DNA of 59,202 nucleotides from positions 1 through 59,202 of the forward strand of contig CAYUFU010000010.1 of the NCBI GenBank assembly GCA_964444145.1, read 5' to 3'. A program made the translations under genes and the position numbers. The notes under the pieces were generated by a model, which ran no database searches, was not told the origin of the DNA, and was given only the letters and a program-made list of their open reading frames with translations. Shown one piece after another: positions 1-9,137 of the stretch (positions are counted from its first letter, which is position 1; each line of letters opens with the position of its first letter). The DNA is from an uncultured Chitinophagales bacterium (GTDB taxonomy: Bacteria; Bacteroidota; Ignavibacteria; UBA10030; UBA6906).

Positions 1-54
1 ACTCTCGATGAGCTTCGCAGCCGCTTGGTCAGCCACGGCTTGATTTCGTCCTGA
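1..54 (+). CDS. 3' end of an upstream gene truncated by the window edge (TLDELRSRLVSHGLISS*)
   Basis: Open frame from base 1 to TGA at 52-54, followed by intergenic-looking DNA; too short to identify. Confidence 0.3.
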   Translation, partial: TLDELRSRLVSHGLISS

Positions 55-342
55 CAATACGGCAGCCATATAATGCAAAGTATGTGAAAAGTTTGTGTCG
101 GGGTATGTGAAAAGTTACAGCACCAATTGTGGCGCTCGATCCAGCTCACGGATCATAAGCTGCACAAGGCGACGACGTTATCGAATGCACTGGGTCATCG
201 GTGGAAGCATTGGGTCATTCATCCGTCGGAGATGCTTTGGATAAAATCTTTAGAAATTTAACCAAATTCATTGATTTTTCAGTTCAATTTCATATATTAG
301 GTTCATAGGAAATTACAAGGTTCAGTTCAATTATCTGTTTCA

Positions 343-1455
343 ATGAATTCTCGTAAAGCCAAATTCCTCAGCGGAAAGAAGATTGTGCCGGCTCCAATTC
401 CGAAAGGAATTCGAGTGGAGGAACTGGTTGATGTCTACTTTCAGGCTTACAATTCCGGAAGGCTGCGAGAGGTTTGTCAAATCTACGCCTCGAAAATGCT
501 CCAACCCGACGTGACCGTTGGAATGAGTCTTACTGGCGCGCTCACTCCAGCTGGCTTGGGTGGCTCGTGCATCGTTCCATTGATGAAAGCCGGCTTTGTG
601 GATTGGATTGTGAGCACGGGAGCGAACTTGTATCACGACACTCACTTTGCGATCGGCAAGTCACTGCATCGTGGCAGCCCGTTCATTGACGACAGAATTC
701 TGCGGCGCGAAGGCGTCATCCGCATCTATGACATTCTTTTCGACTACGATGTGTTGTTGAGTACGGACGATTTTTTCCGCGCCGTGATTCGGAAGGAAGA
801 ATTCCAACAAGAAATGGGAACAGCGGAACTTCACTATCGTCTTGGAAAGTATATTGCCGAGCGCGAGAGAATCCTCGGCATCAAACACGCGAGCGTTCTT
901 GCGACCGCGTTCCGGTGTGGCGTTCCCGTCTACACCTCATCGCCCGGAGATAGCTCCATCGGAATGAACATTGCGGAGGTGGCGCTCTCCGGCTATGCGA
1001 CGCGTATTGATGTGTTGTTGGATGTAAATGAAACAGCAGCCATAGTCCTCGATGCGAAGCGCCGCGGCGGACGAAGCGGCGTGCTGATATTTGGCGGCGG
1101 CTCACCGAAGAATTTCGTTTTGCAAACCGAGCCGCAGATTCAAGAAGTGTTGAAGATAAACGAAAAGGGGCACGACTTCTTCCTCCAAATCACCGACGCG
1201 CGCCCCGATACGGGCGGGCTTTCAGGCGCCACGCCCTCGGAAGCAGTGAGTTGGGGGAAAGTTGACCCCGACAAACTTCCCGACACCGTTGTCGCCTATC
1301 TCGACTCGACGATTGCGATGCCGATCATTACCTCGTACGCACTATCAAAACGGAAGCCGCGCAAACTGAAACGATTGTACCACCGCCGCGCCGAGTTGGT
1401 CCAAAACCTTCGCGCGGAATATCTCAAAGTGTTGAAGAAGAAAAAAGCACACTAA
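343..1455 (+). CDS. Deoxyhypusine synthase-like protein (probable homospermidine synthase, SpeY-type)
   Basis: DHS family motifs: [39 protein letters not shown] (catalytic Lys), [18 protein letters not shown]. Confidence 0.88.
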   Translation: MNSRKAKFLSGKKIVPAPIPKGIRVEELVDVYFQAYNSGRLREVCQIYASKMLQPDVTVGMSLTGALTPAGLGGSCIVPLMKAGFVDWIVSTGANLYHDTHFAIGKSLHRGSPFIDDRILRREGVIRIYDILFDYDVLLSTDDFFRAVIRKEEFQQEMGTAELHYRLGKYIAERERILGIKHASVLATAFRCGVPVYTSSPGDSSIGMNIAEVALSGYATRIDVLLDVNETAAIVLDAKRRGGRSGVLIFGGGSPKNFVLQTEPQIQEVLKINEKGHDFFLQITDARPDTGGLSGATPSEAVSWGKVDPDKLPDTVVAYLDSTIAMPIITSYALSKRKPRKLKRLYHRRAELVQNLRAEYLKVLKKKKAH

Positions 1456-1507
1456 TCCCTGCGAGCCATCAACTCGCGCTTAACAAACAATAAGAGGAGG
1501 AAACCTT

Positions 1508-1711
1508 ATGAGCAGACTGCAAGAACTGCGCAACCTCTTGGACACCTTCGAAAAAGATTTCGTCAAATTCTATGATAAAGGGAACAAGTCCGCAGGCACT
1601 CGGGTGCGCAAACATATGAACGACTTGAAGCGCAAGGCGCAAGAAATCCGAAAGGAAGTCCAGGAAATCAAAGCGCAAGCGAAAGCCGAATCACCAACAC
1701 CTGTCGCATAG
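1508..1711 (+). CDS. Small basic histone H1-like (Hc1-family) DNA-binding protein
   Basis: 67 aa with KFYDKGNKSAGTRVRKHMNDLK motif typical of FCB-group Hc1-like proteins; GAGGAGG RBS upstream. Confidence 0.8.
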   Translation: MSRLQELRNLLDTFEKDFVKFYDKGNKSAGTRVRKHMNDLKRKAQEIRKEVQEIKAQAKAESPTPVA

Positions 1712-1789
1712 ATTCACCACGAACGCAGAGAGGTTGATTCGGCGGCTGGAGTGGGAGAACGTTCGAGCTTAAGTCCTGCCGTCCAAAAC

Positions 1790-1824
1790 AAAAACCCCGT
1801 CGCGAGTGACGGGGTTTCTGTTTT
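1790..1824. terminator. Bidirectional intrinsic terminator between convergent Hc1-like gene and rpsU
   Basis: aaaccccgtc / gacggggttt stem with A-tract before and T-tract after. Confidence 0.8.
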
Positions 1825-2020
1825 ACTGTCCTTCTTCTGCAAGCGTGCGTTGCGCACGCCGAACAGCTTTGACCTTCTTCATCCGTTTCTTCACTGAAGG
1901 CTTGGTGAAATAGGCTCGTTTCTTGAACTCCTTGAGCACTCCCGAACGCTCGTACTTCTTCTTAAAGCGTTTCAGCGCGCGGTCAATCGGTTCATTTTCC
2001 ACAATAACGATGCCGACCAA
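1823..2020 (-). CDS. rpsU: 30S ribosomal protein S21
   Basis: ENEPIDRALKRFKKKYERSGVLKEFKKRAYFTKPSVKKR is a typical bS21 sequence; GGAGG RBS. Confidence 0.95.
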   Translation of the reverse strand: MVGIVIVENEPIDRALKRFKKKYERSGVLKEFKKRAYFTKPSVKKRMKKVKAVRRAQRTLAEEGQ

Positions 2021-2044
2021 ATTGTTTCACCTCCTTCGCCGATA

Positions 2045-2443
2045 CTATTCTTGATTGTTAACAGTCTCGATCACGTTTTCCAATAGCCGCCGCTGTCCCA
2101 GCTTCTCGAACGAGACAACGATTGCTGACGCTCCGCCCGATGTTTTTTCTTTCGCCGTTACCTTCCCCACGTCATCCCAAGCTGAGTGGAAAATCGCCTC
2201 ACCCACCTTGTACGTCGAGTGTGGGTCGTATTCCAAACATTCGAACTTCTCCAGCTTCTTCTTCGATGCCTCGTTGTTTTTTCTCAACTCAGCCATATTC
2301 AGAAGTACTGCGTGACGGCAACGCATGCAGCGATACCAGGTCTTATCGGGGAGATGTTCTCCCGCGCCGACGATTTCCATCTTCGTCTCGCGCTCGCAAT
2401 GCGCACAATAGTGAGTAATGCTTTTACCACGTGCCATTGGCAA
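2045..2443 (-). CDS. Hypothetical protein: N-terminal CxxC...CxxC zinc ribbon plus C-terminal Tudor/SH3-like domain
   Basis: CAHC and CMRC pairs; C-terminal YKVGEAIFHSAWDDVGKV...IVVSFEKLGQRRLL; start may be 2437. Confidence 0.7.
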   Translation of the reverse strand: MPMARGKSITHYCAHCERETKMEIVGAGEHLPDKTWYRCMRCRHAVLLNMAELRKNNEASKKKLEKFECLEYDPHSTYKVGEAIFHSAWDDVGKVTAKEKTSGGASAIVVSFEKLGQRRLLENVIETVNNQE

Positions 2444-2523
2444 CCTCCGTGCTAAACAATAAAAGGCGAACCCCGTGGGAAGTACCTCGGAAGGGCAGGC
2501 TTATTACGAATAATCTCTAATTC

Positions 2524-2552
2524 AATGTAGATGATTTCGCCGATTTAGTCAA
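2524..2552 (-). promoter_or_regulatory. Putative sigma70-type promoter for zinc-ribbon gene/rpsU
   Basis: TTGACT-N17-TACATT on the minus strand about 80 nt upstream of the start. Confidence 0.55.
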
Positions 2553-2597
2553 GGCTTAGGAACTTTTCGCCTTCATCCGAAATGCCCCGTCCATCAA

Positions 2598-2706
2598 GAG
2601 CTTGTGTGAAAGCGACCTCAACATGTAGAGCGATTCTCCAGAATCGCTCATTTTGCAAGCCAGAGCGACATTCGAGTGTCGCTCTACATGATTCTCACAC
2701 AGGCTC
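2598..2706 (+). mobile_element. MITE-like repeat family A, copy 1 (109 bp)
   Basis: TIRs GAGCTTGTGTGA / TCACACAGGCTC, flanked by TCAA...TCAA, two internal GTAG hairpins; about 95% identical to the reverse complement of 10620-10728. Confidence 0.8.
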
Positions 2707-2724
2707 TCAAATGCACCGGCGACG

Positions 2725-2864
2725 GCGGCATGTGGGAGAGGGGCGACTGACCTTCACACGTCCAAAGGACTCCTTTCCGAAGGAACCCTTCGGGTCGGAG
2801 AAGAAGACAGCGTTTCAGTGGCGCAGAAGAATGGTTGGACGTTGTAGCCCGTCAGCAGCCCCAA
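2725..2864 (+). repeat. Repeat family B, copy 1 (with a 40-nt double-hairpin insert)
   Basis: Blocks GCGGCATG, CACG|AAG, GTGGCGCAG and GACGTTGTAGCCCGTCAGCAGCCCC shared with 48908-49004 and 55864-55960. Confidence 0.65.
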
Positions 2865-2959
2865 AAATATATCTCAAAGGCGGCTCACCGCACCGCTAAA
2901 CACTGGGCACTTCGGTTAGTATTATTATTGGTCTTGAGGGTGTTCGAACTGTTACAGTG

Positions 2960-3065
2960 TTTTTTGGGGGGCTTCGGCACTTATGCGTCGTGGTGAGGTT
3001 CGTCCGAGCCGCATCTCGCGGACTACATCGTTAACACAACACCCGCCATCCCCGCACGCGCCGCC
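2960..3065 (-). repeat. Repeat family B, rearranged/degenerate copy immediately after the ABC operon stop
   Basis: Minus strand has GGCGGCGCGTGCGGGG, AACGATGTAGTCCG, CTCACCACGA and GAAGCCCCCCAAAA blocks. Confidence 0.45.
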
Positions 3066-3066
3066 A

Positions 3067-4329
3067 TCACTCATACCTCAACGCCTCGATGGGGTCGAGC
3101 GTCGAAGCCTTCCACGCAGGATAGACGCCGAAGACGAGGCCGACAACGGAGCAGACCGCAAGGCCGATCACAGCCCAATCCCACGGCACAACGACGGAAG
3201 TTCCGAGCCACATGCCGATGATAACGTTCCCCGCTATGATGCCGAGCAGTACACCGAGAATGCCCCCAATCATACAAAGAATGACCGCCTCTGTCAGGAA
3301 TTGGGAAAGGACATCGCGCTTCTTTGCGCCGATGGCTTTGCGAATGCCGATTTCACGCGTCCGCTCCGTGACCGACACGAGCATGATATTCATGATGCCG
3401 ACGCCTGCAGCAATCAGTGCAATAGATGCAATCACGAGCACCCCAATGCGAAAATTGAGCGTGAAGTCGTTGAACTGTTTGAGCATAGAATCATTGGAAA
3501 AATATCCGAAGTCGTCTTCATCGCCGGGTGCAACGTTACGCGCCGCACGCAAGATCAATCGTGCCTGCTCAACCGCATCCTCAAACACTTCGCGATTCAA
3601 CGCCTTCACCATCACGTGAATATCTTTGTCCTTACCATACTTCTGGAAGAACGTAGTGATCGGCAGAATGACGAGGTTCGCCTGATTGCCGCCGAGCACG
3701 CCGCCCTTCGGGGCAAGCACGCCAATCACTTGATAGATCGAACCATCAATGCGAATCTGCTGATTGATCGGGTTGACTGAAGGTGGAAAGAGTTTTTCCG
3801 CAACGGGAATGCCGAGGACGGCGACCCGCCGTGCCAAGTCCAAATCTTCATTCGTGATGCCGCGTCCGTTTGCAACAACCCAGTCGTTCGTTGTCAAGCC
3901 CTCAGGATTCTCTCCTGCGACGGAAACGTTCGGGTTCGTCTTCTCTCCATTCCACCAAACGATCCTGCCGAACTCCCACGCTTCGATGCCGACCGCTGCG
4001 GCGAGCGTTGCTTTGTCGCGAATCTGCACAGCTTGCTCGTACGTAATATTCTTGCGATTTCGGAATCGCCATCGTTGGCGTCCGCCGCCGCTGGGTCCTC
4101 CGGGAGGAAACTTTTGAAGTTGCACCGTGTTGGCACCGAGTTGCATGATGCCTTCTTCAATGGAGTTGCGCAGCACCTCCATTGCTGTCATAACGGAAAT
4201 GATGGAGAAAATGCCGACGATGATGCCGAGCAGCGTGAGCGAGGAACGCAATTTGTTGGAACGAATCGCGTTCAACGCCATGGCGAGGCTTTCTCTGAAC
4301 ATCGCAAGATCGAGCAGCGCTCTACTCAT
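3067..4329 (-). CDS. MacB-family ABC transporter permease
   Basis: MacB periplasmic core plus FtsX domain; GIMNIMLVSVTERTREIGIRKAIGA; ends LDPIEALRYE; ATG at 4329 overlaps the upstream gene's last codons. Confidence 0.92.
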   Translation of the reverse strand: MSRALLDLAMFRESLAMALNAIRSNKLRSSLTLLGIIVGIFSIISVMTAMEVLRNSIEEGIMQLGANTVQLQKFPPGGPSGGGRQRWRFRNRKNITYEQAVQIRDKATLAAAVGIEAWEFGRIVWWNGEKTNPNVSVAGENPEGLTTNDWVVANGRGITNEDLDLARRVAVLGIPVAEKLFPPSVNPINQQIRIDGSIYQVIGVLAPKGGVLGGNQANLVILPITTFFQKYGKDKDIHVMVKALNREVFEDAVEQARLILRAARNVAPGDEDDFGYFSNDSMLKQFNDFTLNFRIGVLVIASIALIAAGVGIMNIMLVSVTERTREIGIRKAIGAKKRDVLSQFLTEAVILCMIGGILGVLLGIIAGNVIIGMWLGTSVVVPWDWAVIGLAVCSVVGLVFGVYPAWKASTLDPIEALRYE

Positions 4330-5551
4330 AACGTAACGCCTCCACAGGGTCCATTTTGGCAGCGCGGTACGCCGGAAGAAATCCTGAAACCACACCGACG
4401 ATGACCGAGACAAACAAGGCAATGAACACGACCGCGACCGGCATCGTCGCCTCGAGGTCCATCATATTGCTGACGACAAGCACGAGAATGTAGGAAACAA
4501 TCAATCCGATGATGCTGCCGACAATGCAAAGCGCGACGGCCTCGGTCAGAAACTGCAGCAAGATTGCACGTCGCTTTGCTCCAATCGCCTTGCGAATGCC
4601 GATCTCCTTCGTACGCTCAGTCACCGATACGAACATGATGTTCATAATGCCGATGCCGCCGACGAACAACGAAAGTCCTGTGATGAACAGCCCCACGGCA
4701 CCAATCGTCAGGCTAATCGGTGTAAATGCCTGGGTCAACAAGTCCGATTGATTGATGCTGAAGTTGTTCGGTGCCCCGGGCGGCACGCCGCGAATCTTAC
4801 GCATGATGCCTTCGACTTCGATCTTCGCGTCCTCCATCGCCTGCTTGCTAACCGCTTTCACTTGAATGTACACATAGCGCCTACCGCCGAACGTGCTGAT
4901 GAACGAGTGCAGCGGGATGAACACGCGATTGTCACTCGTGAACTCGCCGAACATCCCACCTTGTTTTTCATACACGCCGAGAACTGTGTAGGGATGGCCA
5001 TCAATGCGAATTGTCTTACCGAGTGGATCTTCATGCGGAAAGAGATTCTCAGCCACGGTTGCGCCAATGACACACACGGGCCTTCCGCCGGCGGCTTCTT
5101 CCTCGGAGAAAAATCGTCCATCAATGCCGGTATTCCCGGCGGTCTTGACGTACGACGCTGTAGTTCCTGCGATGCCCGCAAATTCCATTTCGTAGTCGCC
5201 GTACTTGATCTTGCGGCGCGTTGCCATGACCGGCGCAACCGCCTCAAGCAACGTCGCCTGGCGTTCTATCAAATTGGCGTATTCGACTTTGAAATCGGGT
5301 CTGTTACGGAACGTGTGCCAGTCTTCGCCCGAAATCCAAGGCCATTTCTCGACGTACATCACCTCGGTGCCGAACGCAGACGCGCTTCGGTCGAAAGCTT
5401 TGTTCACGAAATCAATCGCCGTAGCCATGCCCGTGACTGCGAGGATGCCGATGAAGATGCCCAACATCGTCAACACCGAGCGAAGCTTGTTGGCGCGCAT
5501 CGCGTTGAGAGCAATGAGCAAGCCCTCTTTTACCTCGTGCATGAAATACAT
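4322..5551 (-). CDS. MacB-family ABC transporter permease
   Basis: NKLRSVLTMLGI, GIMNIMFVSVTERTKEIGIRKAIGA, MDPVEALRYE. Confidence 0.92.
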   Translation of the reverse strand: MYFMHEVKEGLLIALNAMRANKLRSVLTMLGIFIGILAVTGMATAIDFVNKAFDRSASAFGTEVMYVEKWPWISGEDWHTFRNRPDFKVEYANLIERQATLLEAVAPVMATRRKIKYGDYEMEFAGIAGTTASYVKTAGNTGIDGRFFSEEEAAGGRPVCVIGATVAENLFPHEDPLGKTIRIDGHPYTVLGVYEKQGGMFGEFTSDNRVFIPLHSFISTFGGRRYVYIQVKAVSKQAMEDAKIEVEGIMRKIRGVPPGAPNNFSINQSDLLTQAFTPISLTIGAVGLFITGLSLFVGGIGIMNIMFVSVTERTKEIGIRKAIGAKRRAILLQFLTEAVALCIVGSIIGLIVSYILVLVVSNMMDLEATMPVAVVFIALFVSVIVGVVSGFLPAYRAAKMDPVEALRYE

Positions 5552-5661
5552 ATGGTTTCCTTATTCCATTGTGAGCACAGCGAGCCATCACACCGCATGC
5601 GTATGGATGTGCATCGCCACGCAGCACGGCAATGCAAACGCAATCATATCTTTTGCACAGT

Positions 5662-6399
5662 TTACCCTGCTGCGACGGGGATGAGGGGTCGGCGATACAC
5701 CTTGCGTTTCCCTTCAGGCATGACCTCATCGCGCTCTACTTTTCCATCACGCATACGCACGATCCGGTGCGCGTGCTCTGCGATATCGGCTTCGTGTGTC
5801 ACAAGAATAATCGTGTTGCCTTGTTGATGAATCTCCTCGAACAGACTCATGATTTCTTCGCCTGTACGCGAATCCAAATTCCCCGTCGGTTCATCGGCGA
5901 GAATGATTGAGGGGCGAGTGACGAGTGCGCGCGCAATGGCCACGCGTTGGCGCTGACCTCCAGAGAGCTCATTTGGTTTATGATGTGCGCGGTCGGCGAG
6001 CTGAACGTGGGCAAGGGTTTGCCGTGCTCGGTCCCGCCGCTCCATCGCAGGAATGCCCGAGTAGATCAGCGGCAACTCGACATTGTGTAGAGCGTCGGAG
6101 CGAGCGAGCAAATTAAAGGTCTGAAAAACAAAGCCAATCTCCTTGTTCCGAATGCGTGCGAGATTGTTGTCGTCCATCTCGCTAACGTTCACCCCGTTGA
6201 ACAAATACTGTCCCGATGTCGGCGTATCGAGACATCCGATGATGTTCATCAGCGTGGATTTGCCGGAGCCGCTTGGACCCATGATCGCGACGTATTCGTT
6301 CTTTTGAATTGTGAGTGATACGCCGTTGAGGGCTTGCACTTGCTGTGCCTCGCCCATGTCGTACGTTTTCGTGATGTTTGTCAGTTCGATGACGTTCAT
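5662..6399 (-). CDS. ABC transporter ATP-binding protein (MacB/LolD-type)
   Basis: Walker [36 protein letters not shown]. Confidence 0.95.
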   Translation of the reverse strand: MNVIELTNITKTYDMGEAQQVQALNGVSLTIQKNEYVAIMGPSGSGKSTLMNIIGCLDTPTSGQYLFNGVNVSEMDDNNLARIRNKEIGFVFQTFNLLARSDALHNVELPLIYSGIPAMERRDRARQTLAHVQLADRAHHKPNELSGGQRQRVAIARALVTRPSIILADEPTGNLDSRTGEEIMSLFEEIHQQGNTIILVTHEADIAEHAHRIVRMRDGKVERDEVMPEGKRKVYRRPLIPVAAG

Positions 6400-6409
6400 A
6401 GCTGTTCCA

Positions 6410-7696
6410 TTAAGACGCGTTGTCCTTCTCGTCCTTACCCAGCGGTCCGCGCTTCTTCGGCTCCTCGATCCTCACCTTGCTCCCATCCTCAAGCTCGCGG
6501 TTGATAGCTTTGTAGCTTCCTGAAACGACCTGCCAATCTTCCTTGATGCCTTCCGTAATTTCTACGTACGAGTCATTGCTGATACCGCGCTTCACGGGCA
6601 TGGCTTTGACAACATTGTTCTCTACAATGAACACGACTTCCTTCGGCTTATGTTCGTCCTTCATCTTTTTGTTGCCGTTACCAGCTTGGACGAACTCCGC
6701 GCTCTCGCCGTCCTTAGGAGGTTCCTTGCCCTCCATTTTCGGCGCCCGCGTCGTGACACTTTGAATCGGAACAGCGAGAACATTCTGCTTCGTCTCGGTT
6801 TCAATGTCGGCTGTCATGCTCATGCCCGGACGCAGCGCGATGCCGGGCGTAATGATACGCATCTTCACCTCAAAGTTCGTCACTTCTTCTTGCGTGCCAA
6901 GGCCCTTCGACTTTGCCGTGTTGGCAATCTCGTACACAAGTGCGTTGACTTTCTTGTCCGGCATTGCGTCAACCGCAATGCGTGCAGTATCGCCGATATG
7001 CAGTCGAATCACATCGGTCTCGCTCACGTCCACACGTCCCTCCATCTTTCCGAGATCGGCAATCGTCATCACGTCGGTGCCTTGAAATTGCTGCGTGCCC
7101 AACACGCGCTCGCCGAGACGCGAGTTCAACTGACTGATCGTCCCATCCATCGGCGCGATGATGGTGGTTTTGCGCAGCGCTTCGTTGGCTTGATTCAACG
7201 TTGCGCGTGCTTGCGCGTAATTTGCTTTTGCCGACTCGTAGGCGGATTTCGCTTGGTCATATTCTGATTGTGAGACGAGCCCCTTGTTATACATCTCCGC
7301 GATGCGCTTGAACTCCGGTTCCGCCTGGCTCAACCGCGCCTGCATCAAGAGCAGTCCGGCGTTTGCCTGATCGCGTTGCGCGATGTACACATCCGGCTTG
7401 ATTTTCATCAGCACATCTCCCTTTTTTACGCGCTGACCTTCTTTTACCGGCAGTGCGACAATCTCGCCGCTCACCTCGGGCGAAATTTTCACCATGATCT
7501 CCGGCTGGATCTTTCCCGTTGCCGTGACAATTTGTGTGATGGTGTGACGTTTCACCTTTTCCACCTGCACCGTCACCACCGGCTCTTTCTTACTCCCAAG
7601 AAAGAGGAGAACACCAGCTACGACCGCAAGCAATCCAATCACCGAAAAGATGATCAGTTTCTTCCGAGATTTTTTTCCGTTCTTACCGTTTGCCAT
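6410..7696 (-). CDS. Periplasmic adaptor / membrane fusion protein (MacA/HlyD-like)
   Basis: N-terminal [21 protein letters not shown] lipoyl half, coiled coil, [14 protein letters not shown]. Confidence 0.92.
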   Translation of the reverse strand: MANGKNGKKSRKKLIIFSVIGLLAVVAGVLLFLGSKKEPVVTVQVEKVKRHTITQIVTATGKIQPEIMVKISPEVSGEIVALPVKEGQRVKKGDVLMKIKPDVYIAQRDQANAGLLLMQARLSQAEPEFKRIAEMYNKGLVSQSEYDQAKSAYESAKANYAQARATLNQANEALRKTTIIAPMDGTISQLNSRLGERVLGTQQFQGTDVMTIADLGKMEGRVDVSETDVIRLHIGDTARIAVDAMPDKKVNALVYEIANTAKSKGLGTQEEVTNFEVKMRIITPGIALRPGMSMTADIETETKQNVLAVPIQSVTTRAPKMEGKEPPKDGESAEFVQAGNGNKKMKDEHKPKEVVFIVENNVVKAMPVKRGISNDSYVEITEGIKEDWQVVSGSYKAINRELEDGSKVRIEEPKKRGPLGKDEKDNAS

Positions 7697-7725
7697 TTTG
7701 TTCTCCGTGCAAGTGATTATTAAAC

Positions 7726-9057
7726 TTAATACGTCTTTTCTCCAACGGCGAATTCGAGGTTGCGCTTCGCTATGATGTAATTATACACTGAGTTGATCTT
7801 GTTCGCTTCCGCGTTCACGAGTCCGGCGTTCGCAGTAAGCAAGTCGAGCAATGTGCCCGCGCCGAGATTGTATCGCTCTTCGGCGATCTTTCGATCCTCC
7901 GTTGCCGAGACTAATCCCTTCTGGCTCACTTCGTATGCTTTGCGGGCGGCTTCGAGATCGAGCAGCGCTTTTTTTACTTCGACGTTGATGTTCCGCTCGG
8001 TTTGTTGAAGTGACAACTCGGCGTTCTTCTTTTGAACCTGCGCAGACTGTAACGCCTGATTCGTATTGAACCCGTCGAAAATATTCCAGCGGATATTGAC
8101 ACCCCAGTTAATATTCTTGTTCTCCGTCAGTTTCGATAGTTCGCTATTGTTGAAGCCATAGCCGGCTGAAGCGGAGAGGGAGGGAAAATATCCGCTCCGC
8201 GCGGCACTCACACCACCGTCAGCAGAGCGAACCGCCTCTTTCGCCCCGATGTAATCAGGGCGGGTGGCAATTGCTCGCCTGGACAATTCCGTGAAATCGT
8301 AGCTTTGTGCCGACGCGGCGTCAAGTTCTGCTTGAGAAATGGTGGTTGAGACAGTAGGGTCAGAGATTACATAATCCTCGGCAACATCAAGACCGATCAG
8401 CGCAAGCAAGTCGGCTTTCGATTTGTTGAAATTGTTTTGCGCAGTGATCACGCTCAGCTCGTCTGCCGCAACTTGCGATTGTTGCCGATACACGTCCGCT
8501 TTCGATAACGCGCCGACGCGATTCGATTCTTGAATGCGTTCGAGCTGCCGGCGGTCTCGCTTCAAGTTCTCTTCACTTACACGAACAAGTTGTTCGTTAC
8601 GCAACACGTTCAAATACGCGCTCTCCACTTGGAAGACAATCGTCTGACGAGTGCGCGCTGATGTCTGTTCAGTTGCAACAGCCGTGGCGGACGATTGCGA
8701 GTACCTTCCTTCTCTGGCAAAGCCGTCGAAGATCGTGTAATTCAAGTCCAACCCCGTGCTGAAGTTGTTGGTCACTGTCTTGCTGTTTGGAATAATCACA
8801 CCGAGAAGGTTTATCGGACCTTCGCTCTGGTTACGGCTCCACCCACCGCTTGCCGAGAGCGTCGGCAGGTAACTGCCGGTGGCCGCAAGCACTCCCGCTT
8901 GCGCGGCTTCGATGTTGTTCTGCGCTTGCGCAACATTCACATTGCGTTCGAGCGCGATCTGCCGCGCCTGCTCAAGCGTGAGAGTTTTCGTTTGTGCTGA
9001 GGCAATGAGTGCTGTTGCAAGCAATGCAACAACCGTCATCATAGATGTGTGGGACAT
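7726..9057 (-). CDS. TolC-family outer membrane efflux protein
   Basis: Signal peptide, two-repeat OEP pattern, ERYNLGAGTLLDLL. Confidence 0.92.
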   Translation of the reverse strand: MSHTSMMTVVALLATALIASAQTKTLTLEQARQIALERNVNVAQAQNNIEAAQAGVLAATGSYLPTLSASGGWSRNQSEGPINLLGVIIPNSKTVTNNFSTGLDLNYTIFDGFAREGRYSQSSATAVATEQTSARTRQTIVFQVESAYLNVLRNEQLVRVSEENLKRDRRQLERIQESNRVGALSKADVYRQQSQVAADELSVITAQNNFNKSKADLLALIGLDVAEDYVISDPTVSTTISQAELDAASAQSYDFTELSRRAIATRPDYIGAKEAVRSADGGVSAARSGYFPSLSASAGYGFNNSELSKLTENKNINWGVNIRWNIFDGFNTNQALQSAQVQKKNAELSLQQTERNINVEVKKALLDLEAARKAYEVSQKGLVSATEDRKIAEERYNLGAGTLLDLLTANAGLVNAEANKINSVYNYIIAKRNLEFAVGEKTY

Positions 9058-9098
9058 GACTTCTCCTATAGAAATAACTGGGAGTGGATATGAGGCTT

Positions 9099-9130
9099 CA
9101 GCACCTGCTGTTTAGACGCAGCAGGCACTG
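9099..9130. other. Hairpin between the cca stop and tolC
   Basis: cagcacctgctg / cagcaggcactg imperfect 12-bp stem, no clear U-tract. Confidence 0.35.
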
Positions 9131-9137
9131 AAATGTT

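Noticed and set aside
2598-2706. Repeats as a CRISPR array
   Set aside because: Copies are dispersed, not regularly spaced with unique spacers, and no cas genes are present
4748-5827. 359-aa plus-strand ORF, and similar long antisense ORFs at 9591-10514, 10980-12344, 19522-21171, 28385-29317, 49707-50702 and 57231-58148
   Set aside because: They shadow well-supported minus-strand genes, a normal artefact of codon bias in GC-rich DNA, and show no recognisable motifs
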